Part shown: piece by piece, positions 60,785-64,000 of the stretch | Numbering within the stretch: position 1 is the stretch's first letter | Layout: every line of letters begins with the position of its first letter | Assembly (NCBI RefSeq): GCF_001194135.2 | Contig: NC_069005.1 | Location: 30,212,486-30,276,485, forward strand | Direction: 5' to 3' | Length of the DNA stretch: 64,000 bases | Source of the DNA: Octopus bimaculoides | Taxonomy: Eukaryota | Translations under genes and position numbers: made by a program | The notes under the pieces: generated by a model | Databases searched by the model: none | What the model was told of the DNA's origin: nothing | The model's input: only the letters and a program-made list of their open reading frames with translations

Positions 60785-63184
60785 TGTGTGTTTGTGTGTA
60801 TATATATATATATATATTGGGGGAAAACATACATCCACTACTTCTTCATTTTCTCTCCCCCACCCAATATTGATAATTTCAATAATCCCTAACATACACC
60901 AATGACTTTCATATTATATAATCCCTAATGAGGATGTAACTTCCTCGAATTAACTATATATATATATATTCCTGTCAGTCATTGGACTGTGGCCATGCTG
61001 GGGCACCGGTTTGATACACTGGGACCCTTTCTTGTCAGGGATATAGCTTAGAGTTAATGCTACAGAGAAAGGGAGATGAGTGCTAGCTTCATGAATCCTT
61101 GTGGTGGGTTGCTTGTAATAAATTGTGGCTCTGGCAATAATGTCTGCTTTTCCATGCTTTGAACAGAGTTCAAGCCAGAGTCCGACACTTGCCCATGGCC
61201 AACTTTTTTTCTGTCCTTTTGGTAGAAGACTGAAGAATCAATCACACTACTAGTATGACATTGATACTTGTGACAACTGTCACATGTTCAGACAAAAGAG
61301 AAACATATATATACATACATACATATATACACGCATACACGCATTCTCCAGCACTCTCTCTACAAACTGGGAGAGGGCCTGCACCCTCCCCTACCACCTT
61401 TAAATAGATTTCTGGAACTTTAGCTACCATTGACTAGACTTGGGATGGATACCGGAGTGGTCTCCTGTTGCCTTCTACAGCAGTTTGTGTTGGAATACTG
61501 AATATAGAGAGGAGTGTGCAGCTATTATTGTTGGGTTACAACTTAGGACTAGTTGTTGTCATCTTGGTAATTCTATGGGAGGGATCTAGTTGATTACATC
61601 AACCCCAGTACTCGCCTGTTACTTATTTTATTGACCGTGAATGGATAAAAGGTAAAGTTGACTGGCGAAATTTGAACTCAGAACATTAAAAACGAACAGA
61701 ATGCCACTAAGTATTTTGTCCCATCTGCTGACAATGCTGCCAACTCACTGCCTTTATTAATAATAATCCTTTTTAAGGGAGGGAGCTAGTCAATTACATA
61801 GACCCCTGTTCCCAGGTGGTACTTATATCATTGACTCCAAAAGAATAAAAGGCTAAGTTGACCTTGGCAGAATTTAAATCTAGAACATAAATCTGGAAGA
61901 AATGCTGCTAGGCATCTTGTCCAGTGTGCTAACAATTCTACTAACTTCCTATCCTCTTAATAGTAATTGTGGAGGTAGACGTGGCCATGTGGTTAAGCAA
62001 TTTGCTTTCCAACCATATAGTTTTAGGTTCAGTTCCACTGAGTGGCACATAGTGCAAGCATCTCCTTGTATAGCTCCAGATCAACCAAAACATTGTGTGT
62101 GGATTTGGTAGGTGAAAACTGAAAGAAGCCTGTTGTGTGCATGTGTGTATGCATTTGTTTGTTTTTTTTTGTCTTGACATTATGCAATAGTTGTAAATGT
62201 GTGTCACCAGTGAAGGACACCACATGGTGTCCTTTGCTTCCAATCTTCTATGAAATGCATGTCTAGCTAAGAGGAAATATTACCTTGCCTGGAAACAGGT
62301 AAGGGTTGGCAACTGGAAGGGTATCCAGCTGTAGAAATGTCTCAATGAATTCTGTTTAACCCATACAACTATGGAAAAGTGGACATTAGGACATGATTAC
62401 ATATATATATGTGTATATACATGTGTGTGTGTGTGTATGTATCACCATCATCCTTTAACATCTGTTTTCCATATGGGCATGTATGTATATATACATAGAG
62501 GCCATCACTTGGTAATGTCTTCACTAATTATTTTAGGATCATATGTAGTTGCAAGCAGAGAGGCATCTTTTTGACTCTGCCAGCCTTAATCCAGCTGAAT
62601 ATTTAGAATGAGACGACTGGAGTGGGGAGAGAGACCACTGCTATCAGCGTTAGGTTAGGTTGGTACCTATTACAGCTGAGTAGACTGGTGCAACATGAAA
62701 TGAAATGCCTTGCTTGATTAAGGATACCACACTTTGCTCAGTCCAGGAATTGAACTCCCTATCTTATTATCATGAATCTAATATCCTAACCACATTATAT
62801 ATATATATTACACACACACGCACTACAAATATACACACAACACTAAGAGGTATCATTGAGACAGAAAAGAGGAGAGTGTATGTATATATATATCATATAG
62901 GAGTGTGTTAGTGTGTGTATGGGGCAAGGATATATAGGCTAATATAAATAGGGGAAGGTCCATCCCCCTTCCTCTCTCTCTCTCTCTCAGATCACCCCCC
63001 CTTCACTTGTTAATAACGTGTATAGAAAGGTGGTGCAAAAAAAATAAATTAAGGAGCAAGGTGAAACGGGTGTGGAAAGAATGGGAGGGAGTGACTTTCA
63101 TGCTGTTTCTTTTGTTATTTTTTTTTATTGTTTGAGAGCACTTGCGATAATAATTTTAACTAAACTTAAGACATACTCTATGAC

Positions 63185-63303
63185 TGCCCTGCAAGAAATG
63201 TACCAGTGTGTGTGTGTATGTATATATATATCCCTGCAGGAGACCTACCATGATGGGTATATATACACACCAGCCTTGGCCTACAGGAGACCTTTCATAA
63301 TGG

Positions 63304-63355
<52 letters not shown>

Positions 63356-63455
63356 TGCAGTCTTGGCCTGCAGGAAATCTACAGCTGTTCCAGATTATGT
63401 ATATACACACTGCAGTATGTATATACAGTTCTGCAGGAGAGCTACAGCTGTACCA
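63185..63455. repeat. Five CCTGCAGGAGA.CTAC-like motifs separated by microsatellite spacers
   Basis: Motifs at ~63189, 63233, 63279, 63367 and 63430, separated by (TG)n/(TA)n runs of variable length. Confidence 0.65.
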
Positions 63456-64000
63456 CACTGGTACCATACCATCATGATATGTGTTTGTGTGCACACATAA
63501 ACACACCACAGTGGTTGGCTTTCTCCAAAAAGTTAAAGATATTTTTCAGGAGAAAGGGAATTAGGGTTGATCATCGTGCCTTTCCCAGGGACATAAGAAA
63601 TATAAGCTAAAAAAATGGAGTGAGTACTACAGCAGAGTATCAAAAGTGGGTCTCGAGTTCTTCTTAGAGTACTTTGTTCTTGTAACAATGAGAAAAGCAG
63701 TAACAAAAAAGGTCGGACGGAATAGTTATTCAATCAATCACACTGACTCAAACTCAGAGTACCCTAGTTATTTAATTAATCACATTGATGCAAACTCGGA
63801 GTAGCCTACACCGATGTCTGTCTTTAAGTTGATGTTTATTGAAAGTTAACAGTGAAAGGTCAGCCAGCATTCTAACATGTGTAACTGGAGTTTAGTGACT
63901 GCATGTCCGTGAAAGAGGGGGAGAGAGAGTGAGTGAGTGAGTGTTCGTTTGTCAGAGAGAAATAAGTGGTTTGTTAAGCATTAAATTTTTCAAATGAGCA

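Noticed and set aside
61060-61520. Non-repetitive stretch with short minus-strand ORFs
   Set aside because: No motif match and no consistent splice-site pair keeping a frame open.

Overview
AT-rich, microsatellite- and SINE-dense animal genomic DNA with about 11 N-gaps. The repeat landscape looks like an octopus or other coleoid cephalopod; this is inferred from recalled repeat families, not from a search. Three protein-coding loci were reconstructed by hand. (1) An intronless EMRE/SMDT1 gene (essential MCU regulator) at 5042-5299 (+). (2) A complete 23-exon mitochondrial isoleucyl-tRNA synthetase IARS2 at 29537-49026 (+), 1005 aa. All 22 introns are GT-AG and phase-consistent, and the HVGH, KMSKS, editing-domain and C-terminal Zn-finger motifs are intact. 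(3) An unannotated spliced gene on the minus strand (~18117-7365, 9 phase-compatible exons, ~332 aa), mostly invisible in the ORF track. By eye it resembles the transducer/C-terminal half of TopoVIB-like (TOP6BL/SPO11-partner) proteins; this is a hypothesis only. The rest is tRNA-derived SINEs, 3'-truncated RTE LINE copies, and Tc1/mariner, piggyBac-, hAT- and Helitron/Helentron-type remnants and MITEs. Notable structures: a 46-bp-period array of TGAGTG-N14-CACTCA inverted repeats downstream of IARS2, a ~345-nt diverged foldback in IARS2 intron 8, a flip/flop inverted triplication at 58.1 kb, and several minisatellites. No rRNA, true tRNA gene or CRISPR array is supported.
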